A stretch of 62,839 bases of DNA, the filler included, from Choristocarpus tenellus KU-1152 (lineage: Eukaryota > Protista > Phaeophyceae), in NCBI GenBank assembly GCA_964200185.2. It is 11 parts of 11 records of this genome, joined end to end, with 100 filler letters (N's around TTAATTAATTAA, not from the genome) between each part and the next. Parts side by side here need not be neighbours in the genome. Positions count along the whole stretch, not along the records: positions 1 to 11,681 come from CAXNAD020002185.1; positions 11,782 to 14,782 come from CAXNAD020023026.1; 9 more parts are not named here. The stretch is one strand, 5' to 3'. Below the pieces are notes generated by a model. That model was not told the DNA's origin and searched no databases. It worked only from the letters and a program-made list of their open reading frames with translations. Shown here piece after piece: positions 1-11,899 of the stretch (the first letter of the stretch is position 1; the number at the start of each line of letters is the position of its first letter). A program made the translations under genes and the position numbers.

Positions 1-47
1 GGACACCCTGGTGTAGACCCCCCCCCCACCCTCAGATACTTTGGGTC
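1..47. mobile_element. Terminal fragment of poly-C/G subfamily MITE (ends ...CCCTCAGATACTTTGGGTC)
   Basis: Same terminus as at 34285-34365, 43306-43332, 43433-43498, 57235-57286 and 60169-60198; related to the TIR of the 260-bp MITE family. Confidence 0.6.
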
Positions 48-54
48 GTTTTGT

Positions 55-205
55 TATCAGCCTCCTTTATACAGTGCCCATTATTGGGGGCTTTTATTTT
101 GCACGAAAAACATGTAAAAATAGGGGTGTATTGTGTAGGGGTCAAAAAGAAGGTATAAGTAGCAAAATGACCGTAACGTGTATGCCTCTCAGTTACTATG
201 ACAGC
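55..205. repeat. Diverged dispersed repeat, second copy at ~1435-1592
   Basis: Colinear similarity by eye (tcagc..ttt..cagtg..ttgggggctt..gcac..aaaatagggtgta..ggg..aagaa..gcaa.atg.cc..tatgac). Confidence 0.45.
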
Positions 206-594
206 AAAAAAAAAAATATAGAGAGGGAGCCAGGTGGTGCAGTTGCCCAAACGATTCCCAATGGGACCATAATTTGAAACTGTTGAACTCAAAATATGTG
301 CAGCTGATAGAGCTCTATCCCAACATATGTATGCCTACCATGCAAATCAGGTTTTTTTCATCAGAAGTCCTATTTCGCCTCTTTTACTGCTTGAGGAACG
401 GCGTCCTCAGCTGAAACCAACAGAAGCCTGGAATGTTCAACCATGCTACAGAGCAGAGTGCATGGGAAAACCTGCATGGGAGCAGTGCATCAAGTATCAT
501 TAACTTGCTCTAGAGCTTCATCTCCTGGCTAAATAAACACAGGTACAGCCAGACAAACTGAGACCTCCAGGTTAAGGAAGTTGCAAGAAGGCTG

Positions 595-860
595 GACCCG
601 AAGCATTTAAGATAGTGGGACCATGTCTGTTCGGGGTCATAAATTCAATGTTGCAATTTGATGAATTTTGGCTATGCTATTTGTTAGCAAGTGTCAATGT
701 CCTTGCTCTGGACGCACCTGTCATAGTCCTATACACTTTACCTACTCCGAAATCCGAAATGTTCACACAGAAAACCGAAAAAGGGCATAAAAAAGAAACG
801 TTGAAAAGGTGCGAACGGACTAACAGGGAAAAACTCCGAACCTCTTGAATGCTTTGTCTC
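595..860. mobile_element. ~265-bp MITE, family A (GAG...CTC-type TIR), diverged copy
   Basis: Termini GACCCGAAGCATTTAAGA / CTCTTGAATGCTTTGTCTC; internal sequence colinear with copies at 38168 and 61754. Confidence 0.8.
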
Positions 861-2769
861 TTGGTATATTCGGTAAAAGCACACACTTTGTATATACTCT
901 AAATCAGATTCTACCCTTCTGCTGCAAGAGGGCACCTTAAGATTGAACCAACGCCAGTCCAGCCACTATACATTTTTTTTTTTTCACAGCAGAGCTTCTT
1001 GAGTCGCCAAGGCTTATGTTCATCTGCACCTTCCCAATGAAAAACTCCTCGACTGTGGTCTTTTCATCTCACTGTATAAGAAAAATAGCTCCAGTGCTTA
1101 TATTTCATAATGCTCTGAATTGTAGCGATCAATCTGTGCTGCTTTTAAATCAACTGTCAGACTGTATTACAGCAAGGACACCCTTGGATGCAACAGGGCG
1201 GAGTGTGGAAGAAGACATTGGTATCTTCTGGCACAAAATGGTAGCATTATCGCCCCCACAGGTATCTGGGAAAAATGGCTAATCCGCTCAATACCAAACA
1301 GCATTAAAATGCTCTGGCGCTATCTGAGAGGTAGATATGGTTGCAACATAAGGGTCCCTGTATGAGAAAAAATATATTTTTTGTAATACATTATTTCAAT
1401 TAAGAAAAGGGCCTTTGTGCTCTATTGTGATGAATTATTCGTCAGCTTCTTTGTTGCAGTGAAAACCTCGTTTTGGGGGGCTTCTATCGCACACTTGAAA
1501 GAGAAAAATAGGGTGTACTGCACAAGGGTTTAAGAAAAGGCACATGCTGCAACATGGCCAAAAACGCGCATAGATCTCCTTTAGTATGACTCAAAGAACC
1601 CTCGACTCACCTAATGCAACACATCACCTTCAGGTATCACCTCCCCCAAGAAACCAGGAGAGGCACCTGTCTCAGCTTGGCAGCTTCACAACGCACACCC
1701 AAGAACATCTCGCAGATTCATGTATCATGTCATTTTGACTGACGTTGGCTGAACACCGAGGTTATCATGAATGATGAGATGGGATGCTTGGCACACAGAG
1801 GATATGAGCATGCTTTGTGTTTTATGACACACTCCTGACATAGCACTTCATGCCTCTACAACCCTCTTGCAGTGCCAATTTTCTAGTTCTTTCCTCAAAA
1901 TACCAGCCATCAGTACCTTCAAAGACCCGATTCTGACAGTTCTCATCACTTCCTGAGATGTTCATTTGAAATTTTTCTAAACCATCCTCGCACTGATAAC
2001 AGACATCAGACCTGAAGATTCCACACCTTCAGGGGTCAGGGCTCTTCCTACAGTGTTATTATGGGAAGCTCAAGAGCACCCCGTAGCCAACTGGGGTGCT
2101 CATTGCACTTGTGGCGCTTCAAAGGCATCAGCGTGAACTCCCTTGCCTCAGAATGCTCAGTGGTGCTCTGTGGCACTACAGAGATACCATAGCATAATCA
2201 TATGAGGCCCACACCAATCCCGCCATGACACATGACAATAGGTACATCTCCATATACCTCAAATCAAAAATAAAAAGCCTAAATTGAATTGAAAAATGGG
2301 GAGACCTCTGGTCTATCGCCATCGATTCAAGGGCTAGTAGGAGCGTGTTCAACCCAAGTCAGGGCACACAAGATGCACACAATTGTTTCGTAGACATAAA
2401 AAGGAGGTGTTTACTTACAATGGGCCACAACAAAGAAACATTTCCTGAGTTTGACTCCTATGCCTTCCTGTGTACCATGCGCACTGCTCACACCTACTCG
2501 GTAAACACTAAAAAAAGATCTCCTTCTCCAACAGATCCACCGGAGAAATATTGGACAAGCAAACATTATCTTCAAACTGTCCCATTGCATGTCCACTGAA
2601 TAATCATAATCAACTGAGAGATCTACAAGTATCAAATGTAACACATTGCTTGCTAAAATACGGTACATTAGCCAACACCTATGCACAGCCCATTACATTG
2701 CATATATTGTAGAGAGAGAGAGAGACAACTAAGTGTTGGTTTCATTGATACACTTCAGGTCGATTTTTT

Positions 2770-3060
2770 GCAGTTTTTTCTGTATACTCTTTGTTTTTTC
2801 TCAAAGCAGTTCCTCACTTGCCACAGACATCCACTGTCCTAAATGCAACGAAGCCTTTGATTTTATGCTTCCAAGCCTTGTGCTCAAATAAATCAAACAT
2901 TGCACAATGAACCCCCCGAGAATATCCCAACCCATATCTTAATTTTCAACTCCTGGTAATCAAATACTCGAAAAATACTGGTAGACATCATTCGGAAACA
3001 TCATCGGCATGAGCACGGGATAAAATCGGTCCACCCCATGAGAAAGACATGGACGAGAAC
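2770..3060 (-). pseudogene. Possible decayed DNA-transposase N-terminal fragment (Sola-like)
   Basis: Broken minus-strand peptides LMPMMFPNDVYQYF and FDLFEHKAWKHKIKGFVAFRTVDVCGK resemble the LP..Y..Y / F..W..D.C..C region of Sola transposases; weak. Confidence 0.25.
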
Positions 3061-3593
3061 ACCTTTCTCATTCGTTTCCAAGACTCTGTATGGCATTCTG
3101 GAGGGTAAAATTATGATTTCTCAAGGTCTCGAAAAAAAGAAGGTACCATTTTTTTGGTGCAGACATTCTCAAAACAAAGTTCAGCAATGGCTCTTCTACA
3201 TCTTAGGCCTTGTGTATGACTCGCGGCGTGTATCAGCAGGCACTGGTTACTAAGAGCCCCTGCTAATCATCCAACTCCCACAATGTTGGTAATTCCGAAT
3301 GAAGCAAGGAGTTTCTGATCTCTCAAATATCTCAAGGTCAATGCCGTTTGTTTGCCTATATTTTATTTCCAAAGGGACACACGTAGCAGTGCATGTAACG
3401 TGCTATGCCACCCACCCATTGCAATGTCAACATTATCTTCATGCCGACAGATATTACTACTACAGAGAGTGAGCTACGTAGCAGCACAATGGTGTTTGAT
3501 GAAGATTGTCCTGGGAGGCTTCATGTTGGTGTGTATGTGCTACCTTAAAAAAAAATTTCCTTGGGCGGAAACATTGAAATATCCTTTTCTCAC

Positions 3594-5613
3594 CTTCGAA
3601 ACACCCTCCGAGGTTCGTTCCCATGACAGGTCTTGTTTGGCAGCCTTGGGAGAGGTTGGATGTTGCAACGCTGACCCTTCTCGTGTATCAAGTCGAGCAC
3701 TATTCATTGGATTTACACAGCAGTTGTACAGGGGAATGCATGCGAATGGAGGTTAGCATGACTTGTGTACTCCCGTCTATGGAGGGATCAAGCAACATGA
3801 TGGTGATACACTTGTTTGTGGTCTATTGTGGTGCCAGGGGAGAGAAGATCAACCACCCCACCGCATTATACTCCTATTGCAGGAGGGCAAGCATTGTCCC
3901 TGTAAGAGGCATACATAAGCTGGAGAAAGAAAGTCCACGCGAGGGGTAATTTCTTGGCAATGTGAGCCTTTCACTCCTGCTTCGGGCCAGATTTCGGTCA
4001 CAACGACATTACAGTCTCGTAAAAAGCACTCCAGAGGTCCCTGACTTAGAGCGTCAATGTTTGCTATGCAATAAGATCAACAGAAAGTGGTGGGGGTTAC
4101 TCTGCATAGTCAGTCACCTTGTTAAGAGATCTGGTCGTGGAGGAGGAACCCATGGAAATTTGAGGCACCTTGTATTTTGCAACTGTGCGGAAGGAACTTG
4201 TGTCCCTTTCACAGGTAGAGAACAACTTTCGTATCTCTTGATTAACACAACAAAGTTCCACGGTCCTGCGAGGTCTTGCCAAGCCTAAGGCGAAACAATG
4301 CAAGAGCGAGACAGAAGGAGCCCAAAGGCCGTGCGTAGCAATTGTTCAATGCACGATACTTGCCTTGTGAACATGCGTACCTTACAACAAGCCAGTTGAG
4401 ACATGGTCTACAAAGGAGAAAGGCGAGAGCAGTCCGACCCTCCTCCGCTGTCAGCGCAACTGGGCCTGCTTCCCCTAGACCACCGAAATCTTCACACCTG
4501 GAGCAGTATCCTCGGTACACGTAAATATCCGTGCCTGAAGCAAGCAATATGCGGTACAGTATGAAGATAGATATCAAGTGTTTCATTCAACATATCCGCC
4601 TCTCTGCCAGCCATGCAAGCACATAACGGCAGCAACATCGACATTGACGTCGGGCGAGAAGGTACCGTCCAGGAAGTGAGAGGATCCTCAAGGGAGGAGC
4701 CTCAAAATTCATGGTGGGGGGTTGCTTGTTGATAAATGAGAAATAAAACCTGAAATGGCGGGTCGTTCGATTGGGTACAATGAAATATGCAATAACTTAC
4801 ATCTACAAATAGACCTACAAATCACAAGCATCCATGGAGAAGTGACCGCGAAGAAATAAAGTAAATCGGTCTTGGTGGGCAATACGTGCCATTCGGTCTC
4901 ATATTATCCGTGTTGCAGTGATTCAAAAGGTAAATCCATAAGAGTAAACCTCCAAATCTATGGTAGGTGCCTAGATAGAGCACATTGATGTTTCACGACT
5001 TTCATTATTTGTCGATGGGGTGGATAAAGATCGCCACCATCCACAGAGAAGAGACCACTAAGAAAGATTGATAGTTCACCACCTTGGTCCAGTGCCTCAA
5101 GACCGCACCTTAACTCGAGATCGTAAATCATGGACAGTTCAAAGTCGTGTAATATAGGAAACATTAATCACAGGATATGTAGGATCGCCTTCTAGTCTTG
5201 TAAGAATCCTACTCGCTCAACTCTTTGAGGGTTACATACCATCTGCCCACTTCGGAATTTCTTCTCCAAAGCTTTTGGGGCGTTCCAGTGTAATTTGGTC
5301 CTGTCCCAAGCTATGGTAATATTCCTTGCCCCTCCCATCCGACACCCTCATCCATCCTCCTCGACTCGCCAAAGCTCCACTCAACCAAACTTCATGCTCG
5401 TCGTTCTTTGTGACATCAAATGGTGGATGCATAACACCTCTATTCATCACCTACTTCACAAGAGAAAGAGAAGGGAGGTATCTTTTGAGTGAAGGATATA
5501 CCAAAGCAACTTCTTTTCAGGATGAACTGTTGGGTCGTTAGATGTTGGTGTGATGACATGGACAACATGAAGACGGACCTGGAGACCCTGTTGTAATCCA
5601 CACTTACCGTCAT
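3594..5613 (-). CDS. Multi-exon gene with WW-like domain (partial model; exons 5613-5608, 5450-5240, 5108-?, 4497-4381, 4168-4118, 3699-3594)
   Basis: ATGACG|gtaagt micro-exon; next exon encodes GGWMRVSDGRGKEYYHSLGQDQITLERP (WW-like, second Trp replaced by Leu); the three downstream exons have GT-AG borders with mutually compatible phases. Their link to the WW exon is not resolved. Confidence 0.5.
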
Positions 5614-6915
5614 CTTACAATCTACTTAAAGAGAAGCTTTAGATTTTCGCCTCTGACTTGCATGGAAGAATCAAGAATCACTAGGCTTCGGAAATTGCTA
5701 AATGCCAGTTTCATACTTTTCTGTGTAATATTGGATAATCTTAATCTTTATTGAACAACGTTACAATGAAACAGCGATAATATGTGGGACAAGTTCGAAG
5801 TATTTGTGTAATCAGCCGAACATTAATATTTTTAATCTACGGTAAAACTCTCAACGCAATTCACCCAATACACCTTTAAAATGTTACTGGGAAATAAATA
5901 AATGTACCTAATTGACTAGTTCTAAGTAAGACAAAATATTTTGGAGAAGCAAAACTCCAAAGTTTTTGAGAATTGGAAAATGCAAAAAGATACCATTCTA
6001 GGGCTCTACACTAACTGAATTTGTGAGATAATTGGAAGGGATAACGACAAATTTGTTATTCGCGCAACAAAATTTGCGCGCGTAACTAAAAACCATGGGT
6101 AATTTTTGAGTAATTGGTGAAAACCATGGGTCCTTTTATTTTAACCCCTTGGGCATTGGCTTCACTTTGTTTCGAAACCCCCGAGGGGATTTTGGCCGTT
6201 AACATCAACATGATAACTTGAGTACTAAGAGTTTGATTTTCAAACTCCGTGGAAAAAATAAAACACTCTTTACTTCACAACTTGATAGGTTCTATTCCTC
6301 CCGAGCTCCTCATCGATACAGGAAAAGAGGACTTTGGGAGAGGGACTGAGGAGTAAAGGAACGACAACAATTTTCTACGTAGAGGAATCTTGACGTTGCC
6401 TTACCCTTAAAAGGGCTCCATTGTCGGCGTTGAGTTCACGAAGTATTATTAGGAAGTGATCGAGATCAGTGGGAGCGAGTGTTTTCGCGGTTGAGGTCCA
6501 CCATCACAAGTTCTCCCTCGAGAACGGCTGGTCCAGTTCTGACGGAAGGAGGGATCTTCGAGGCTATTCTGTCAAGCTGTGGGGGAGTGATTTGGGAATG
6601 TCGGAAGATACTACTGCCTAAGGTGGTGAGTAGTTTCTTCGAAGCGTTACTGTCCGTATTCAACATTCACAATGAAACTGGGATGGGAGTTCGTCTCCTC
6701 CACGATACGCCACACCCCCCTTCAACTGCGTCGACTTCTTTCTTTTCTTGATAATGTGATAGTGTACCACCCCTATTTGCTGGTGTAGACTGTAAAAAAA
6801 CTAAAACCCTTGTGTTGGGGGTTACCCCTTAACGGCTGAGCCCCCCGTCATCACCAGGAGTCCTCGCCATTGATCAATACAGGTGGTGAGCTGTGCCGGC
6901 GACGTTGCTTGCAGC

Positions 6916-9900
6916 ATGAGTAGTGGCACGATCGACGACAACCGACTAGATAACGAGAAACGTAGGGGGAGCGAGGTGAAGAAGGAGCTAGGTCGAGCTC
7001 CTCAGGGGGTGGGGACACCAACCGATAGTGACAGCAAGGTTCACGGAGGAGCTTCTGTAACGGCTGGTACACAGGAACCAGAGGTTAACAACGGGAGCGT
7101 CAGCAGCGCAAAAGTCGGGAAGGAAGAACAAAATTTTGGTAGTAAGGCGGATAGACCAGGCTCAGCACCTTCGGCGTCTGGGAAAGAGATTGACCCAGCC
7201 AAGGCCAAGCACGCCAGGCACGTGTCAGCCTCGAACCTCGGTTCCAACCATCTATTCTCATTCCACCCCGTTATCACGCAAGTTTACCCAGAACTAAACC
7301 AGGGAATGACCGTTGACGTCGCCGGTCCCGTCCGATTCACCGATAATTCCGGTGAGACTATAACCACATTGCTGTCACAAACCCCGATTGAGACCCTAGA
7401 TAGCCAACTCGTCAATCTCAGACTCGATCAGAAAGAGGTGAACACCATTGTACCAGGGGTAGCGGGTGAAGCAGTCGAAGGGGGAGGTGGACGACTTAAG
7501 AGCGGCTTAGTCAGTCAGGTCGCATCTAACGACACTGGGCACAGTAGTGGGACTGGCAGAGGTCTAAACGGAAGGGGAGCGGCAGTGGCGACGGCTGACC
7601 TGGTGTTGGGCAACGGGGAGAGCAGCATGGATGGGAAGGACGGGGGTGGGCAGGGGTCTGCATCGCGTTCACGGACGAGTTCCACCGCTGGAGGTGGAAG
7701 TGCTCCGGGTGGGACTGGTGTTGCAGTTGGAGGACATTCTCCACTTCAGGTGCATTGGAAGTAGTATTCTAGACACCGCTGATGCCGTCAAACTTTCCTG
7801 CAACCTCCCGTCTTTCCCCTGTCGTAGGAGGGGTAGATTCCATTTACATAGGGTACACAATGCTCTAGCTTGATACATCTTTATTGCTTCTTCATTTTGC
7901 TCAGCAGAAATTATTTTGAAGTAGCCAATCGCCTCCACGCCTACAATTAAGTCTAGTTTTTCAAGGTTGCAGGGCTCCATGATAAAGAGCAGTTCCAAGG
8001 CAAATTTTCCGCCTCATCACTTGCCTCTTCATCCAACTTGTCACAATATCCTGGATCGCATTGATACCTCTCTTGTTCTGACCTTCAATGTGCTTGTGGA
8101 GTTCCCCTACTAGCTCTCACCTTGTTTGTGGTTGTGTTTTGAAATTCCTTTTGAAAAGAGCAGGTCTCCTCATACGTTTTATTACATGCCCTGCTTCACC
8201 ATGTCCTCCCCCTTCCCTCCCCTTCTACCTCCTGATTATTGGACGTGGTATTTAATCGACTCCACCAGATGAGTTACACCGGGATGCCCATGCCCTTGAG
8301 TGTGGGGATGATGGGACAGGGAGGATATGGTGGTGGGGTTGGCGTTAACACTTCAGGGAGTGCCCTGGGGCAAATGGGAATGCCGGGGGGAATGGGCGTT
8401 GGGATGCATCAGGTACGTAAACACAACCGATGCATCAAATATGCCGAAGTTTGATATATTTTGATGGTTTTTGACAGGGAGAGCGCTTGCTATCATCAAC
8501 TGGAATACATGAGTGTTCTGCCTCTGTTAACTTTTCAATTATGAGAGGGTAGGCCTGAGAACAGATGTGAGAGTGGAGGACGAAATTCGTAATGTTGGAG
8601 GTGGATATCCTTTCCTAGTGCAACTTATTCTTGTTGTTGGAGCTATCAATCTGTCACTGTCTGTTGTGATGTTCTGAAATATTTCGGCTTCCACCTCCAT
8701 TTCTGGTTCTACTTCTACTTTTGCCCTATACCGTGATCCCTGACCTTCACTGCTCCTTCCCTCCAGCAGCAGCAGCAGGACCACCGCCGCCGCCACTGTC
8801 ATCACTACCACTACATACTATGCATGTTAATGAATTCCAACGAGTTGTTGCCCTTGCTCTCAGCGATTTTCTGGCTCTGTATTTTTATTTCCTCTTCAAG
8901 ATATCATCAGACATTTGAGTATACCATCCCCACCGGAGCTATATGATCGGCAACACACTACTCCTCTCCTATTCTTTCATACTCCATTCTTTTTACTTCT
9001 TTGACTAATGGGGAATGTTGCATTCTTTCATCTCCTAAACACACACACACACGCACACACACACTAACGCACACACACTTTTTGATCCTCTTGCCTTGGC
9101 AGAGCCAGGGAGGACACACAAGTATGCTCCCTGGGGTCTTAAGTGCCGCAATGGGAGCTCACATGGGACACATGGTGAGAGATACATCCTTCCTTTTTTG
9201 TGGGTGTGGGTGGACGCATTCACTAAGTTTAGGAAAAAAATTGGACAAGAGGAGCATTGGTGATAGATGAGTATCATTCATTTCTATCCGGAGCAACTTA
9301 GGTACTTTTCCCCGTCCAATTGTCCCGAGTACCTAAGTTGCAGTTCCTGGTATGTTAAGATTACTCTCTAGGAGGCGTTGGCGCTCTCTCCCGCCGAAAG
9401 TTCGTATCCTTTTTTTAATTTTTCTTGGTAAACTGTGGTTGAAAACTTCAGAAAGTCGGTTTCTTTTTTTTTGATGTGAAAAAAAAAATCCTGTTGATCG
9501 GAGGGGTCACCGACGAGATAAAGTTGGAGGTGGCATCTGTTTCGACCGGGCAGAGTGTCCCGTGGCGGTAGTCCCGATGGAGGTTTCGCGAGAGGCATGG
9601 GCGATAGGACACAGTTGCGACCTTGTTGTGTCGAGTTGTGCTGTGTTGAGTTAGTTGTGTTGGCAAAGTGAGTGCTTGCCTGCGGAATGGCTTGCCCTCT
9701 TCTCATCTCCTCTGCTGCGATCACTGTAATTTCTTTATGAGTTGGATTCAATCACTGCAAGCTCATGGTGACTGATCCTTTGATCAACGGGTATGGGTAG
9801 AAGCTGTGGCGTGTTTGTTAGGGCACTTCTCTACACGGGATAGAAACCATCCGCCCATCCATCCATCCATCCAAACATGTAAAAGCATTACATTCTTTTT

Positions 9901-10629
9901 TTAAATGAATTACATTCTCTGTTATTTCGTACCCGACAGAGATAGATACGGTTCCTTTAATGTGAATGCTCTTTGTTACACTTTTGATATGACGTCGCTC
10001 CGTGATTAGAATGATGTGGTGCCACCATGGTGAACTCGTTTCGGGAGAGGCAGGAAGATCACAAGAAATAGAATGTAGTGCAGTCTGCTGTTCTTGGTAT
10101 GTATGTTTGTGTGTATGTTTGTATGTATATGTGTATGTATGTGTGTGTGTATGTGTGTATTTATTATGTATGTGTTTGTGTGTATGTCTTGTCTACCTGT
10201 TTGTGTGTGTCTATCTGTGTGTGTCTGTGTCCCCATGGGCGGCGATAGGACTTCCCAGTTATGTCAATATAGCGCTTGGTGAGTGTAGCTGCTGTTCTCG
10301 GGTCAACTCGAACCTCCCCCTCTCTCCCTCTCCGCTCCCCCCCCCGCCCCCGTAGCTGTTTACTGTTTTCTTTACTCTGTACTNNNNNNNNNGCTGTTGT
10401 TCTCGGGTCAACTCGAACCTCCCCTCCCCCCCTCCTCCCCCCCCCGGCCCTGTGCTGTTCGTTGGCTGTTCCTCTGAAAAGGATCCTTCGCAGGCCGCAT
10501 TGATGGGGCATGGCCAGGGCAGTCCCCTTTATGTTATGGGTGGGTATGGGAATGTTGGAACTGGCATGCCTCACATGAGTGGCACAGGTTATCATTCTTC
10601 TCATAGTGGTGGCTACGGGGCGCAGACTG

Positions 10630-10666
<37 letters not shown>

Positions 10667-10670
10667 CCAG
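6916..10670 (+). CDS. Low-complexity Gly/Ser then Gly/Met/His/Gln-rich protein, 5' part (exons 6916-7749, 8269-8412, 9103-9174, 10494-10670)
   Basis: Four open exons with cag|...|gt borders, all introns phase 0; peptides MSYTGMPMPLSVGMMGQGGY, SQGGHTSMLPGVLSAAMG, and a poly-Q (CAG)n tract; truncated by contig end. Confidence 0.7.
10097..10230. repeat. (TG/TATG)n intronic microsatellite; similar tracts at 10900-11020 and 33265-33360
   Basis: Direct reading. Confidence 0.9.
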
Positions 10671-11681
10671 GTGCGTGGTCTGAAGGTGTTATGTTTTGTG
10701 AGGTTGTCATGTGATGGGAGTGATTTTGATCTCTGATCGCACACGTAATCACGCCCTCGCTCGGGCGCGCGGGCAACGCCCTTTTTACTTTTTAATTTGT
10801 TTTATTTATTTTTCTTGTGGGTGATGTTTTGTATGTTACGTTACGTTACGTACTGTTGTGTAATTTTATTTTTTGCAGGTTTGAAGTATTTGTGCATTTG
10901 TATGTGTGTATGTGTGTATGGTGTATGTGTATGTGTGTGTGTATGTATGTATGTATGTATGTATGTATGTGTGTGTGTGTACGTGTGTATGGTGTATTAT
11001 GTATTATGTATGTATGTGCGGATATTGGATTTGTGCGTGTGAGGCTGGGGGGGGGAGGGGTGTCACCGGATTATTACATTTTTAATCCGTGTATTTTTTT
11101 CTTTTTGGACCCCCTACTAAAACAAATATATGTAAAGTACCTGTAGAGTGACTCAGAAGAGAAAAAAAAATGTTTGAAAATTTGTATTGTCTCTTTTTTT
11201 TTCCCCTAGCAGGGAAGAAATAATAAGAATAGAGCCGGTTGTATGTATCAAAAAGTGAAGAAAAAACCCACCCGTACCTGCTCCAATCGTTCACCTGTAG
11301 ATGCCTTCCTGTCCCCTTGTAGTTCTCCAAACTGGGTTGATCCTTCCTTACCATGTAGAACGAAAACCGTAAGAATATATATTTTTTATTTCCATAAATA
11401 TATATATATATATATTTATTTTTCATTTCCGAATATCTTACCGTTTTCTCTCTTGGCGGCGAAACCTATTCAAGACTTTTTCCCTTCTTTTAGCTCTATT
11501 TTTTTTTTGAAACGAGAAATTGACTCTCGAGACACGCGGACGTGAATATTGTTTGATTAAAAAATAAATAAATAAAAAAGCAAAAAAAAATAAATCTCTC
11601 TCTCTCTCTCTCTCCCTCTCTCTCCCTCTCTCTCAACCCTTTTTGTTTTTTTGTTTTTTTTTGTTTTTGTGTTTTTTTTTT

Positions 11682-11781
11682 NNNNNNNNNNNNNNNNNNN
11701 NNNNNNNNNNNNNNNNNNNNNNNNNTTAATTAATTAANNNNNNNNNNNNNNNNNNNNNNNNNNNNNNNNNNNNNNNNNNNN
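11682..11781. other. Artificial contig spacer N44-TTAATTAATTAA-N44 (also 14783-14882, 21399-21498, 25051-25150, 34366-34465, 37179-37278, 43333-43432, 48128-48227, 57135-57234, 60069-60168)
   Basis: Identical 100-nt spacer with stops in all six frames, repeated 10 times. Confidence 0.98.
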
Positions 11782-11899
11782 CACCACAACCCACCCCACC
11801 CACCCCACCATCCCATCCCCCCCCACCTCCTTCCTCGCCCCAATCACCACCACCAGCTACCCCCACTACTCCCCCTCCCTCCACAGGAAATCTAGGCCA

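Noticed and set aside
10265-10445. Duplicated segment flanking a short internal N gap
   Set aside because: Probably scaffolding overlap; cannot be told apart from a real tandem copy.
11726-11737. Recurrent TTAATTAATTAA palindrome as a biological motif
   Set aside because: Always centred in identical N-runs; an artificial contig joiner.
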